In this document: positions 49,431-60,809 of the stretch, piece after piece
Numbering within the stretch: the first letter of the stretch is position 1
Layout: the number at the start of each line of letters is the position of its first letter
NCBI GenBank assembly: GCA_002269645.1
Contig: NIVC01000358.1
Span: 1 to 64,000 of the forward strand
Length of the DNA stretch: 64,000 nucleotides
Direction of reading: 5' to 3'
Source of the DNA: Macrostomum lignano
Taxonomy: Eukaryota
Notes under the pieces: model-generated
Seen by the model: the letters and a program-made list of their open reading frames with translations, nothing else
The model's database searches: none
What the model was told of the DNA's origin: nothing
Made by a program: the position numbers and the translations under genes

Positions 49431-49837
49431 CCGAAAGTTGACTGAAATAATAAAAATCGGCTGGGTGTATGCGTGACGGTTATTGAATATTACCTACCTA
49501 CTTATGAATATTATGTGATACTATGAATATTATTATATAGGTAATACTATGAATATTACCTACTGAATATTACCTACCTACTTATTGAATATTACCTACA
49601 TATATCAAAGAATATAAAATCTATGGACTAAATGAAAATACACAACGCTCTGAAATCTGAGTGCCAGGCATGGAGGAAAGAATAGAATGGAGTGCTAATC
49701 TGAGCCAGTTATTTTTGTCCCGCTCGATCTTCACTTTTAGTATCCCTTTCCCCCACCGTTCCTTCCTATTGTCTTGTGACTGCCATAGACAAAGTCGTTT
49801 CGTTTTCGCCCCCCTCTGAAAGGCATGTCCCAGCATA

Positions 49838-50515
49838 GTATCGCTTTTGACGCTCTAGATAAGACTTTAGACATTCAAAATAAGACTGCATAGGATCGCA
49901 AGCAAGGCCAGGCTAGCCACGGCCAGAGCATGCCCAGTCTTGGCTGCAGGGATGGCTTGGCCATAGACTAAAAAATGGAATATCAAAATGAGAATAAGAC
50001 GCTCAATATGAGACTGAGTGTGAAAGCCTTCAGATATCGCTCTAACCCTCTGACCCTCAGCCAGCTCTCCTTCTTCACCCCTTGGGTTGCATCTTACCCC
50101 TTGGATTTCACTGTTTCAGCTGATTTCAGCTGAGAAGGCGGCCTGATGGGAACTCCGCTGTCAGAGGCACTTTGGCAGGTGCTTAAATCGAATGGCCTTC
50201 TAACGCAGTCCGCCAGGCTGAATTCAGTGATGGACTAAACATTTCGATATGCTATTCTGCTTCTTGTTTATTGCCTAATTTCTCCTTAGCTGTTTGTATA
50301 GTGACTGCCAAAAAGCAAATAAATTACGTTCACTCCCGGTCTCATATTGAGCGTCTTATTCTCATTTTGATATTCCATTTTTTAGTCTATGGCCAAGCCA
50401 TCCCTGCAGCCAAGACTGGGCTTGCTCTGGCCGTGGCTAGCCTGGCCTTGCTTGCGATACTATGCAGTCTTATTTTGAATGTCTAAAGTCTTATCTAGAG
50501 CGTCAAAAGCGATAC
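49838..50515. mobile_element. 678-bp foldback element with 177-bp nearly identical inverted arms
   Basis: 49838-50014 versus 50339-50515: two mismatches found by eye; the arms contain CCATAGAC; no clear TSD. Confidence 0.85.
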
Positions 50516-51470
50516 GAGCTCACATCAAAATATGCTTACAGCCAATGGGAGCCGTTCGGTCGGAATGAGAAGAGCTTTAAATAATTGATTGCATATTTAT
50601 TCCTAGCGATAGCACCAAAAGTATTAATTTATTAAGATATAAGTAATACATACAGATATAAGTAATACATTTGTTTCATATATTTTTAGTTTACGGACTA
50701 AAGCCAAAGTTCAGGCGGAACGCGAAAATCGTTAACTTTTTAAAAATCTACGTCGGCATTATACATAAACTATAAATATCATCTGGTCTGAAGTTGCCAA
50801 CCACTGTGCGAAGAGAGTTTAAGTTAGAGGCGTCTTTGGTTTCTACCGTAGACGATTCTGAGAAAGGGAAATTGATTTGGTCGCCTGCACTTGGAGCTGA
50901 GCGCAAAGTGAATTAGCAAAAACTAAATAAAATCAGTAGAAGTGCCTGGAGTATAAAAACCCATAAAGATACTCGTATAACGGTGTAAACAATCGCTTGT
51001 TCCAGCAAATTCTTAATTTAACAATCTTAGAATTGGGGCTTTGCTTTGTTAATCAAAAGTAACAATCAATAACAAGTAGTCTAAATCTGATCTGTCGTAA
51101 AAAAACAACTCAAAACATCAAACTGTTTTGAGTCTTAGAAAGATCTACCAAAGATCTGCCAATTACTGTAAAAAAATAATAATTCAATTAGGCACGCCAG
51201 TTAAGTCTAAAAAGAAGAACGTGATAAAAATGTTTTCTATTAAAAATAAAGCACATAGCAATAATACCACCAGTTTCAGCTATTGGCAGAAACAAATTCA
51301 AAATACTATAAGTAATACAAACACGAGCGCACACATAAAATCAACAAAATATATTCAAAAGGTAATTTGGAATTTATCGGAATTATTTTGTTAACAAGAT
51401 GACGGCAATATTAAAGATCAGTAAGATTCACAAAAAAGTGATTTAACTATCAGGAGGGACATTGGGTCAA

Positions 51471-53080
51471 TTAGACGCAACAAATCGTGAAAATGCTGAC
51501 AGCCTTGCGTTTTTCTTGACAGACGGCTAGCATCGGAGGGTCGCCTTCCACGACTGCGAGGCCATATGGGTCAAACTTGTAACCACTATCAGTGCTACCA
51601 GAACCTTCTTCATGATCTTTGCTACTATTGCTACTGTCATCTCCTTCACTTTCGTTCTCGTCATCTTCAGAAGCGAATTGAAGAGTCTGCAAAATGGTTC
51701 CGTCATTCAATAGGACATAAACTGAATCGGACAGACTCCGGCTAACAAAGACCAATCCGGATGAATGAACCGCAACATCGGCAGGAAATTCGAAATCGGC
51801 GGGCTCGCTCAAATCAGTGGGATACGATACTACGAGTTGGTGACTCACAATGCAAATCTTATGCAGCTGATCTGAAGCCCAATCGGTCATTAAATGAAGT
51901 GGCCAAAAGCAGACAGACCTTCATAAAGTACACCGCTATTAGTTGGGTAGTACTTCGATACGTCAATGACAGACTGCAATTGCTCGCCATCCTTTGCCAG
52001 ACAAAAAATGCTGGAATTTTTCTGCTCCAGAAGAAACAATTTGTCCGAATTTCCGGTCATACCGACGAATTTGCATTCAGAAAGACCTAAGCTTTGGGCG
52101 TTGACGGCATGAGTTATAGAGCCACTCAGATCTGCCACAGTCACAACGCTAGACTGCACGATATACAAACTTTGCCTATCGCTGTCACACTGAAGTCCAA
52201 CAGCTTCCACAGACCAATCGATAGCACAGTTGACAGCTAGTCGCAATGGTCCATCAATTGATGTGGCAAGAATATGGTCCATACCAGAGTTAACATGAAA
52301 AACTACAAACAAGCACTGAGATGTAAGGCTAATAGGCTTACTAACGACAGTTGATGCCTTCACCAAGTTGCCTTTCGAGTTTCCAACGTATCCGTTGGTG
52401 TTGCTGCAAACTGCAATCCACTGTGGCGCACCTTCAAGCTCTAGAATTTCGGAATGAAGCTGACACAGCTCTTTCTTTTCTGTTTGGCTCGGAGTCTCGG
52501 TTGATTCGCAGAGTCTTGAAATTTCTTTCATTTTTACTTCATTTAGCAAGCGAAGATCCCTCAAGCCACCGCTTACATCGCCAACAACTCTGGTATCGCA
52601 ATTTACTTTCTCGTTGGCTTCAAGCTTCTCTTCTAGGTCAGTGCACTTTAGCTCCATTTCAGAAGTGAGTTCAAACACCTTTCTAGTATTTTCATCACTC
52701 TCAGCTGCAGTAATTGCATTTTCATATTCCTGCAGCATTGAAAACTCTCCTAAATTTTGCAAAGCATTGTCGTGCCTTTCAGTCAACAGAGTAGTGACAG
52801 CTGACCTCCACTTTACCCACGAGTCCAAAGCTTCATCAAACAGATCCTCTACAGCCTGCAGCTCAACAGCCAGAGTTTGCTGACGAATCCTAATCTTGTC
52901 CCGCTCGGCAAGCATCGGCTCTAACCTAGCCTTCATCGAAATTCGTAATTCTCTAACTTTCTCGCTGTCCTGGGCCAGGTGCCTTACACAGAGTGGCTGA
53001 GGAATCCGACCACCAAAACCGGATGCGGGGTTGACGCAACCTCGAATGAAGCACTGGTCGGAAGCAGATTGCTCAGACAT
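51471..53080 (-). CDS. Zn-motif/coiled-coil/NHL-like protein, paralog 2 (split by a 1-nt frameshift at ~51890)
   Basis: The 396-aa and 139-aa ORFs join into one protein if a T is added (CAC TTC ATT TTA ATG ACC GAT TGG = HFILMTDW, cf. SILVTDW and ALLLTDW in the paralogs). Confidence 0.78.
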
Positions 53081-53973
53081 AGATGCAGCAGAAATTCAAT
53101 ATTGGTGGTATTCAGTTTAACGTCAATTCTTATTGCGGAGAAATATTGTTTTCAGATGAGATAGTGGCAGAAATTATCCAATTCTGAACACTCCAGTTAC
53201 AATAACTCCTCTTAAAAGTACGTATCTAACGAGGCGAAAGAGTCAAAGGTAAATCGCGTCTCGCTTCACAATCCATCACGAACAAACGATTTGGCGCTTG
53301 TAAATAAAAAAAATTACCGGTGCATTTCTGCGGCTTTGCATATTCCAAAAAATGTCTTTGAAACGAAAGGTTGTAAAAAGGGACAAATAGTAGAGCGACT
53401 ATTTGGGCTATTGAGTTCGTTTGAAGTTCGTTTGAATCTCTAACGACAATGACATGCTTTATATTAGAGCTCGCTACATAATTAGAAACTAAACAAATCA
53501 AATGCAATTCTTTTAATGTCCAAAATAAATTAAAACTTTGGCATATATTTTTTGTTTAAAACAAAAAAGACAAACGGTATAGCTGCAAGAATTTAGCTAT
53601 AAAGACACGGCGACGCCAAATGGATTTACAATTGCCAGTAATTCCTAAAGAGGGGTTTATTAAGCTTTTCGGTTTGACAGAAACTACGTGTTTGAATAAA
53701 AACTACCTGAACTTTTAATTTAGCTTACAAACAAAATTGTAAAAGTAAGTAATTCAACCTAAAATTAACAATAATATGAGAAAATGCAAGTCAAATTTAA
53801 CTTGAGAATGAAAAAAAAACGTGTAGGCCGAATACAACGAACCAAAACCTTGAAAAAATTATGGAAAAAATAAAAAGCTAATACGTGCAAAAACCTGGAA
53901 CCAAAAAACAACTAGAAATTATATAATTTGACTTGTAAGACGCGTCGGTCAGTCGTCGCACAATGTATAGAAA

Positions 53974-55515
53974 TCACTCGCAGTCAATGCGAATGCGGTA
54001 AACGCTGATGCTATTTCCTATTCGCTGGGACACTAGTAGCAAATCGGGTTTGCCATCAACGATGGTAAGCCGGCACGGCTTGTTCATGGGCTCATTAATT
54101 GGGCCAAAAATACTGATTGTTCCGAGGCTCTGCAACAGAAACCCGTCGTTTCTTAGGACGCGCACCATATGCTTTGAACGCTCGCTGACAAATATGAGGC
54201 CAGAGCGGTGAGCCGCAACACCGGACGGGTCTGCGATGGTTTTTAGCGCGGTTTCTTTGCTTGGATACGATACGATTACATGACCGCTCGCGATGCAGAC
54301 TTTATGTAGCAACTTAGCGTTCCAATCGGTCAGTAGCAAGGCGTTGTCTAGCACAGCCATGCTCTCAATGTGAGTACCATAGTGAGAAATACCTTTGATT
54401 GAAATAACGGACTGGACCCTACCACTGCCTTTGTCGATGCAAAACACTTGCTTGCTCTGCTCACACTGCTGTAAAGCAAATATCTTGTCCGTATTGCAGG
54501 TCATCCCGATTAGCTGGCACTGCTGGCCAAAGTTGCTAGAGTCAACGAAACGCATCGCTTTACCGCTAAGATCTGTCATCCGTACTGAATTGGACTGAGC
54601 AACAAAGAGAGCCTGCCGTTTGCTATCGCAGCAAAGTCCGACAATTGGCTTGGACCAGTCGATATTGCTGTACACTTTTAGTCGGATAGATCCATCTATT
54701 GAGCATGCCGAAAAATGATCAACTTTTGATGTTGAATGGAATGCAACAAAAATGCACGGCTCAGGAATGGGAACAACAATGTCATCTGCAGCCGGATCCG
54801 CCTTGATAACTCGATTCAATGTGTCAGCGGTGAAACCTTTCGTATTGCTGCAAGATGTCACGTGAGTAGGAGAGCCCTCTAGATTAGCAATTTTGCACTG
54901 GAACTCACAGATGGAAGTCTCTTTAGAGGGCATACCTCCAGGCTCGCAAAGCTGCATCGTGTAACTCATTTGTCGGCTAATTGACAGCTGCAGATCTCTA
55001 AGGCTACCGCTAATGTCACCAACGATTCTCTGAGCACAGTTTTGGTTATTATTGTCGAGCTCAATTTGCTCTTCCAGGTCGCTAGATTCAAGATCCATCG
55101 CGGCAGTTAGGTCAAAAACTTTCCTAACGTCATTGTTATTCTCAGCTTCAGTGACGGCGCTTTTAAACTGTTGCAGTATGGAGAACTTGCTCAGCTTCTG
55201 CAGCACACTGTTGTGCTTTGTAGTTAGTCGGTCTAGAATAACGGTTTTCCACCTTGTCAGCAAAGCCAATACAGACTCGAACAGTTCCTCGGACTCTTCC
55301 AGTTCTGCAGCCAGGGCCTGTTGCTGCAATCGAAGAGCGTTTCTGTGAGCCAGGAAAGTTTCCAGCTTATTAAGCACAGATTTGTGAAACTCTTGCACTC
55401 TCTGCTTGTCCTGTTCAAGATGCCTCTCACACAACGGATGCGGTATTCTTGCGCCAGTGCCCGAGACGGGAGCGACGCAGCCTCGGATGTAGCATTCTGG
55501 ATCTGTGCCGCTCAT
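53974..55515 (-). CDS. Zn-motif/coiled-coil/NHL-like protein, paralog 3, 513 aa
   Basis: CYIRGC-x15-CERH; coiled coil; DPSGVAAHRSGLIFVSERSKHMVRVL NHL-like blade; colinear with paralogs 1 and 2. Confidence 0.8.
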   Translation of the reverse strand: MSGTDPECYIRGCVAPVSGTGARIPHPLCERHLEQDKQRVQEFHKSVLNKLETFLAHRNALRLQQQALAAELEESEELFESVLALLTRWKTVILDRLTTKHNSVLQKLSKFSILQQFKSAVTEAENNNDVRKVFDLTAAMDLESSDLEEQIELDNNNQNCAQRIVGDISGSLRDLQLSISRQMSYTMQLCEPGGMPSKETSICEFQCKIANLEGSPTHVTSCSNTKGFTADTLNRVIKADPAADDIVVPIPEPCIFVAFHSTSKVDHFSACSIDGSIRLKVYSNIDWSKPIVGLCCDSKRQALFVAQSNSVRMTDLSGKAMRFVDSSNFGQQCQLIGMTCNTDKIFALQQCEQSKQVFCIDKGSGRVQSVISIKGISHYGTHIESMAVLDNALLLTDWNAKLLHKVCIASGHVIVSYPSKETALKTIADPSGVAAHRSGLIFVSERSKHMVRVLRNDGFLLQSLGTISIFGPINEPMNKPCRLTIVDGKPDLLLVSQRIGNSISVYRIRIDCE

Positions 55516-57794
55516 TTTGCATCAAGATACATGCAAATGCAATGTGTTGATTGACAAGATAATAATAAATATCAGGCATTTATCTAAGATGAGATAGGTA
55601 ACCTAATTAGCTGAATGTACCAGCATCTAAATTTTACAGTTTTTTGTGATTGAAGAAAAAAATTAAATAAAAAATATTTTACTCTATCTACCATCTGACC
55701 TCACAAACTTACATACGTCACAGGACCTAGATAAACACGAAAAAATAAAGGATACAAAAATGACTCATTTGAGTGTTTTACACTCATTGTAATAGAAACT
55801 ATTGCGATCAAAAAACATGATTGTATAAATTATTAAAGATCCACATTAAAATAAAGCCACCAATATTTTCGAGAAAAGATTTGCATCCTAAATTTTGAGG
55901 CATTTAATTAATCAGAAGGCATGAGAAGTATACGAGATGCCGAATAAACGTCAAAAATGAATTTCAATCGAAAACAAAATCATGCAATCGCGTAAAAGTT
56001 GCTATTCAATAAAAATAGCGGCAATTTATTAAAAGTTGTTAATATACGGACTCAATCGGTACATGCCTATCGACTATATTTCTAGAACTGTTCCGGCAAC
56101 ACGAGCACGCTGCCGTAGCTCACTACGTACCGTCGTTACTCGATACTCACATTGCCGGCCATGGCGCGTTTCAACTTATTAACTTTAATCTTATTAATGA
56201 TCCAACATTGTACTCGTAAACAGCCTAATGACAACAGAATGATAGTTAAATAATTAGTTATTTCAACACCTTTGACGCAATGTTATGCTTCTTTCCGTGG
56301 CTTGTAAATGACGTCATGGACCATAGAACATTGCTTCGTTACAACGCACAGGTGATAACTGATAACGCAATTATGTTATAATTGCATATCATTTTTTTAA
56401 TTTGTATGAATAAATCAAGTCTTATGGCTTTTTGCTTTAAAGAAAAACTTTTTGTGCAACTCGCCGCCGCATAACCGATTATGATTTTGAGTAATCTGTA
56501 ACTGTACAAACTTAAAGTATAGTTATGCTTTTGCACTCTGAATTTGTAGTACGGGTCAAAATTGTCACTCAAGCAGAAGTGTTTTTTGTTAAATTGTTTA
56601 TTTATATTTAGTTTTTAGTTAAAATATTGTTAAAAGCAACACTCTGTTATTGCTATTATTAAGTAAACAGTTATATAGATAACAGTTGTGAAACGGTTAG
56701 TTTTTTGCATTTCGCATAGGACTTGCAGCAGTATATAAACCGTAACAGTTATTCTCTACTCCTAAAAAACAAGTCCAAGATGTATAAACACAGAACGAAA
56801 TTCCTTATATACGTAAGGAAATCGTTTTGTTTTAACTGGGGTTCTAAAGTGCTGGTGTCTCGAAGCTTGCTGTAATATACAGAAATAAAAATAAGTACAA
56901 CGTTCTGAGAGCCAGTATTTTTTGTAGAAATTTCTCACTTTTTCTTCAAATTTCGAAACTTCAATTTCTATTTGTCAACCTGGAAACACAGCTATCCTAG
57001 GACTATCAATTTATTGAAATCTAAAAAGAAATAAAAAACGATTTGTTTGCGAAATCTGCAATTAAAGAAACGATTGAGATCAAAATGTCATTCCTATTAG
57101 TGCAAATTATATTTATTAAATCGAATATGCACGGAAAATGATCAATATCTGCACACATCTGCCAGAATGTCAACTATGTTGTGACAGGCTATGCTCATTA
57201 TTTACTAGTAAAAGCATAGCGGCAACTGTAGTATATCAGCAAGCACAGCCTTCTGAGGAATTAAAACAGTCAATATAGCTTTGAAAACATGGAAATCGAT
57301 TCCAGCATCACTAATAATTTGAAGTAGAGAAACAAAGGCGAAAAAGCGATGTAAATTTAATCCAAACGCAGAACTGAGCAAAGCATATTAGGAAAATTAT
57401 AGAAAAACATTCAATCTCAGCTTGATAATATAGCACGGTTAAAAGTTACAACTACTCAAAACACGTGGAACTATAATTTTATTATGAAACATACAAAAAT
57501 GAAAATGCTGCTTGCCTAATTCGTTCACTCATCTCGAAAATCATGCAGTAGCTACCCCAGATACTAGAACAACTAGATTTGTCGCTCGCAATCGCAATTT
57601 ATGTTGTGAATAAGTCTACTTGTTTTTTAGTAGTTTGTCTGCGCAGTTTCTTTTAAATTAAATGTGGCAGCTGACACCGGGGTTTGCCGCCTCAGGAGCA
57701 TATTGGGTGAATAATGAACAAAAAGCATTAAACTCGATGTACACAAGTGAACGCAAGACGGACAAAACTCTGCCTAGGGAGCAGGCTCAATCTA

Positions 57795-57985
57795 GCTCAG
57801 CCAATGAGGGAGCAGTAAGGAGAGAGGGCAAAGTCAGAAGGACGAAACTCAGCCTAGGGGTAGGCCCATCTGGATCAGCCAATGAGAGAGCAGTAAGGAG
57901 AGAGGGCAAAGTCAGACTGACGAAACTCAGCCTAGGGGTAGGCCCAATCTGGATCAACCAATGAGAGAGCAGTAAGGAGAGAGGG
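57795..57985. repeat. 78-79-bp tandem repeat (2.5 copies), each unit containing CCAAT
   Basis: CCAATGAG at 57801, 57879 and 57958. Confidence 0.85.
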
Positions 57986-58894
57986 TAATGAGGCTTGCTA
58001 TGCACACTGAAATTTGGAGTGCTAAATAAATCCTTGTTAAATATTTTCAAGCCTAAAGCGGTCTATAAAACAGGATGAAGATGCTAATTTAATCGATCTA
58101 CTTGTAGAAACCAGAGGCCACCGTTGCAGCTTAAAAAACTTAATATCAAGTAAATCACAGCATTTTTGTGAGTGACAGATCTTTTTTTAGTATATGTGCT
58201 AGTTACATATACATGTATTAACAGTAACAATGATTAATCAAAGACAAAGCAAATAAACAATTTGCTATGAAATAGAAATGAAAAATGGTGCCAAAATGAG
58301 TGAGCATATCTACATGAACTACAGAGACAGAAGAGAACTTAGAATACCTAAGCAAGAGATCAGTTTCAATAGTGTTAAAAATGACTTAGTACATTTTGCG
58401 CTTGCTAAAGAAAATATACATCCAAAAATTATTCCGAGTAGTAACGGTCAAAATAATAGTAGAAAACAAAGGGTATATTAGTTACAAAGACTAGTTGGCA
58501 GTCTAAAGACGATATCAAGGAAGTCAACACGGGGTTCCAGATACACAGCCAGAAAATGTCTTCACACTTACTACATACTTCACAGGAATTTAATAAACAT
58601 GTAAGGCATACGAGCCATAATTTTCGATAAATATGAAACTATTTAATGGAGTTCGATTAGATGTTATAAGCAAAAGATAAATATAATACACCCTGTGCTT
58701 AAGAAATTATAGCAACTGATAGGCCACTAATACTTTAAAATCTATGCGTAATTATGGCTTTTCTATTTTTCTAGATTGGATTTAGGGGGGGGGGGAGGGT
58801 GCGATTCCTTTGCGTTGGCGACTGAACCTTTTTACTTTCACAGAACTATTTTTAGGTAAATACGGCGCTAATCAGAGCTTTTTTTGAAAATTGT

Positions 58895-59323
58895 CACGCA
58901 TAAAAGTGGGGCAGTCACAATTTTTGATCACCGTCAATTAATGTGACCCTGCAATGTGACTGTCAAATAAATGGTTACTCACGTAAACGTCAATGTGACT
59001 GTCAAAAAATTAAACGACCGTCATTTTCACCCTGTGCGTTAGATTAGATTGATTTAAGAAAACATATAACGGCAAAAACAAACAACTTGATATAAGTGAC
59101 TTATATTTGAAGGTCACATAAGTGACCATTTATTTGATGATCACATTAGAGGGTCACGTAGATGGTCACATTGACGATCACATAAGTAGGCGTTTATTAG
59201 ACGGTCACATAAGTGACCATATATTTGACGGTCACATTGAAAGATCACTTTGACGGTCACATGCGATACCGTTGTTTGAGTGTCGAGAAATGTCGAAATG
59301 TGACCGCTACACTTTTATACGGG
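58895..59323. mobile_element. Degenerate MITE-like element with imperfect TIRs and internal (G/T)GTCAC repeats in opposite orientations
   Basis: CACGCATAAAAGTGGGGCAGTCACA versus the reverse complement CCCGTATAAAAGTGTAGCGGTCACA; TGTGAC motifs in the left half and GGTCACA motifs in the right half. Confidence 0.5.
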
Positions 59324-59426
59324 CAGTTGAACACTTACTATCATATCTAGGTGCTTGAACAAAACAGAAATAATAAATAATAATCCTGAGAAATCATTAT
59401 TATAAACTACACAGCGCTGAGCAAGT

Positions 59427-60083
59427 CTACTCCAGAGCAGGAGGAAACAGGCGCTCTTCAACGTATTTCAATTGCCACACTTTCCCTGCCAATCGCTGGA
59501 ATCTCTCCGGCCCCATTATGTCGCGCAGAGCGTCTTCGACGTCGTCTGGATCGCGCGAAGCGTCGTCAAGAACTTCGTAGCAACGTCGCAACAGTTGCAG
59601 ACCGAGCTGTTGAAGACAGTCGCGCCTCAGCTGCACCATACGGTCGCGCATTCGTCCAGTACGGCCCAGGGTCTCCTCTTTAGACTCGATCGGTCCGCAT
59701 TCGCTGTCGTCGGCTTCGTTGTCAACCTCCGTCGGGTTTGACGCTGACGCCAAGTCCGATGCCGCCGCTCCAGACCTCGGCGAAGCTGCCGCAGCAGCCG
59801 CGGCCACAGTCAGAGTCTGGTTCATGTGCTCCACTAAATCGGCCATCTCCGCCGCCTGCTGCTGCTCGCGATCGCCTGAATTGCTTCGGCTGCCACCGCC
59901 TCCGCCGCCGCCGCCGCTAGAGCCGTTTCTATCGGCGGTTTTATCAGACACTGGCGATTGAGATTTCTTCTGTCTCTTCTGCCGCTTCTCTGAGGCATCA
60001 GCCTCGTGCTCGCTGCTGTCTCTGCCGGCATCGTTGCCGACTGCCGCCGCCGCTGGCACGGAAGCTTTTGGCGAATCGCGTGG
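59427..60083 (-). CDS. NEK4: NEK4 last exon (conserved C-terminal helical domain)
   Basis: ttttcag|CCA CGC (phase 0). LRRDCLQQLGLQLLRRCYEVL...MG...KVWQLKYVEE resembles the NEK4 C-terminus. Confidence 0.85.
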   Translation of the reverse strand, partial: PRDSPKASVPAAAAVGNDAGRDSSEHEADASEKRQKRQKKSQSPVSDKTADRNGSSGGGGGGGGSRSNSGDREQQQAAEMADLVEHMNQTLTVAAAAAAASPRSGAAASDLASASNPTEVDNEADDSECGPIESKEETLGRTGRMRDRMVQLRRDCLQQLGLQLLRRCYEVLDDASRDPDDVEDALRDIMGPERFQRLAGKVWQLKYVEERLFPPALE

Positions 60084-60124
60084 CTGAAAATTAGCAAATA
60101 AAGAAATCGCTTTTTATCTATTTT

Positions 60125-60410
60125 GGGGCTTGCAGCCTCGCGGTTAAGAGCGTCGAACTCACGACTGAAAAGGACCCACTCGGAACAGTTTGTGGTCCTT
60201 GAGCAAGACACTTAACTCTGCATTGCTTCAGTTCACTCAGCTGTAAAATGGGTGCCAGCATTAGCTGGGGTAATTGAGGGTGTGTGGCGACCCCCCCCAT
60301 CCTTGGGCTGAACAGCCGTACGCAGTCTTTAAAGTACCTAAAGCGGTACCTAGGTAAAAAAGCGTCCCAGAGTTGTTGCAGGGAACACGGGTGAAACAGG
60401 AACGACTCTA
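60125..60410 (+). mobile_element. tRNA-derived SINE with CORE-like domain
   Basis: tRNA-like head (GCCTCGCGGTTAAGAGCG) followed by GTCCTTGAGCAAGACACTTAAC...CTCAGCTGTAAAATGGG, similar to the MIR/CORE consensus CCTTGGGCAAGTCACTTAAC...CATCTGTAAAATGGG. The 3' end is uncertain. Confidence 0.6.
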
Positions 60411-60670
60411 AAACGACGAGATGTCAGAGTACAAATCGTTAGAGTCGCTTAAAAGTAAATTTGAAGCGTCGGTTTGTCTGCGACTCTGAAACGACCTTGG
60501 GGCGCTTCTATAATGAATCTGGGGGCCGTATAGTCCCCCATATAGAGTTAGAAACGCATTTGAATTTATAACAACAGCTTTATTTAGTCTACTTGAGTTA
60601 GTAGAAATTTCAGCGCTAACACGATTCGCTAACTCTCTGGGATGCATGTACAAAACTTCAAACAACTCAC

Positions 60671-60762
60671 TGAAAGTCTCGGATTGGCCGTCTTCGGTCT
60701 CCTTTGCTTCTGTTTGAGCACTAACGACTGCAGATTAGAATACTGTTCAGAGTTGGTAAATG
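60671..60762 (-). CDS. NEK4: NEK4 exon 3
   Basis: aatttcag|CA TTT ... CTT TCA|gtgagt. 92 nt, phase 1 in and 0 out, open, bridging exons 2 and 4. Confidence 0.7.
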
Positions 60763-60809
60763 CTGAAATTTACAAATACGTGCCATTGAGATTATGATTT
60801 TAAGGCATC

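Noticed and set aside
47658-55554. Plus-strand Ser-rich ORFs antisense to the NHL paralogs
   Set aside because: Shadow ORFs produced by Glu/Leu-rich coiled-coil codons on the opposite strand.
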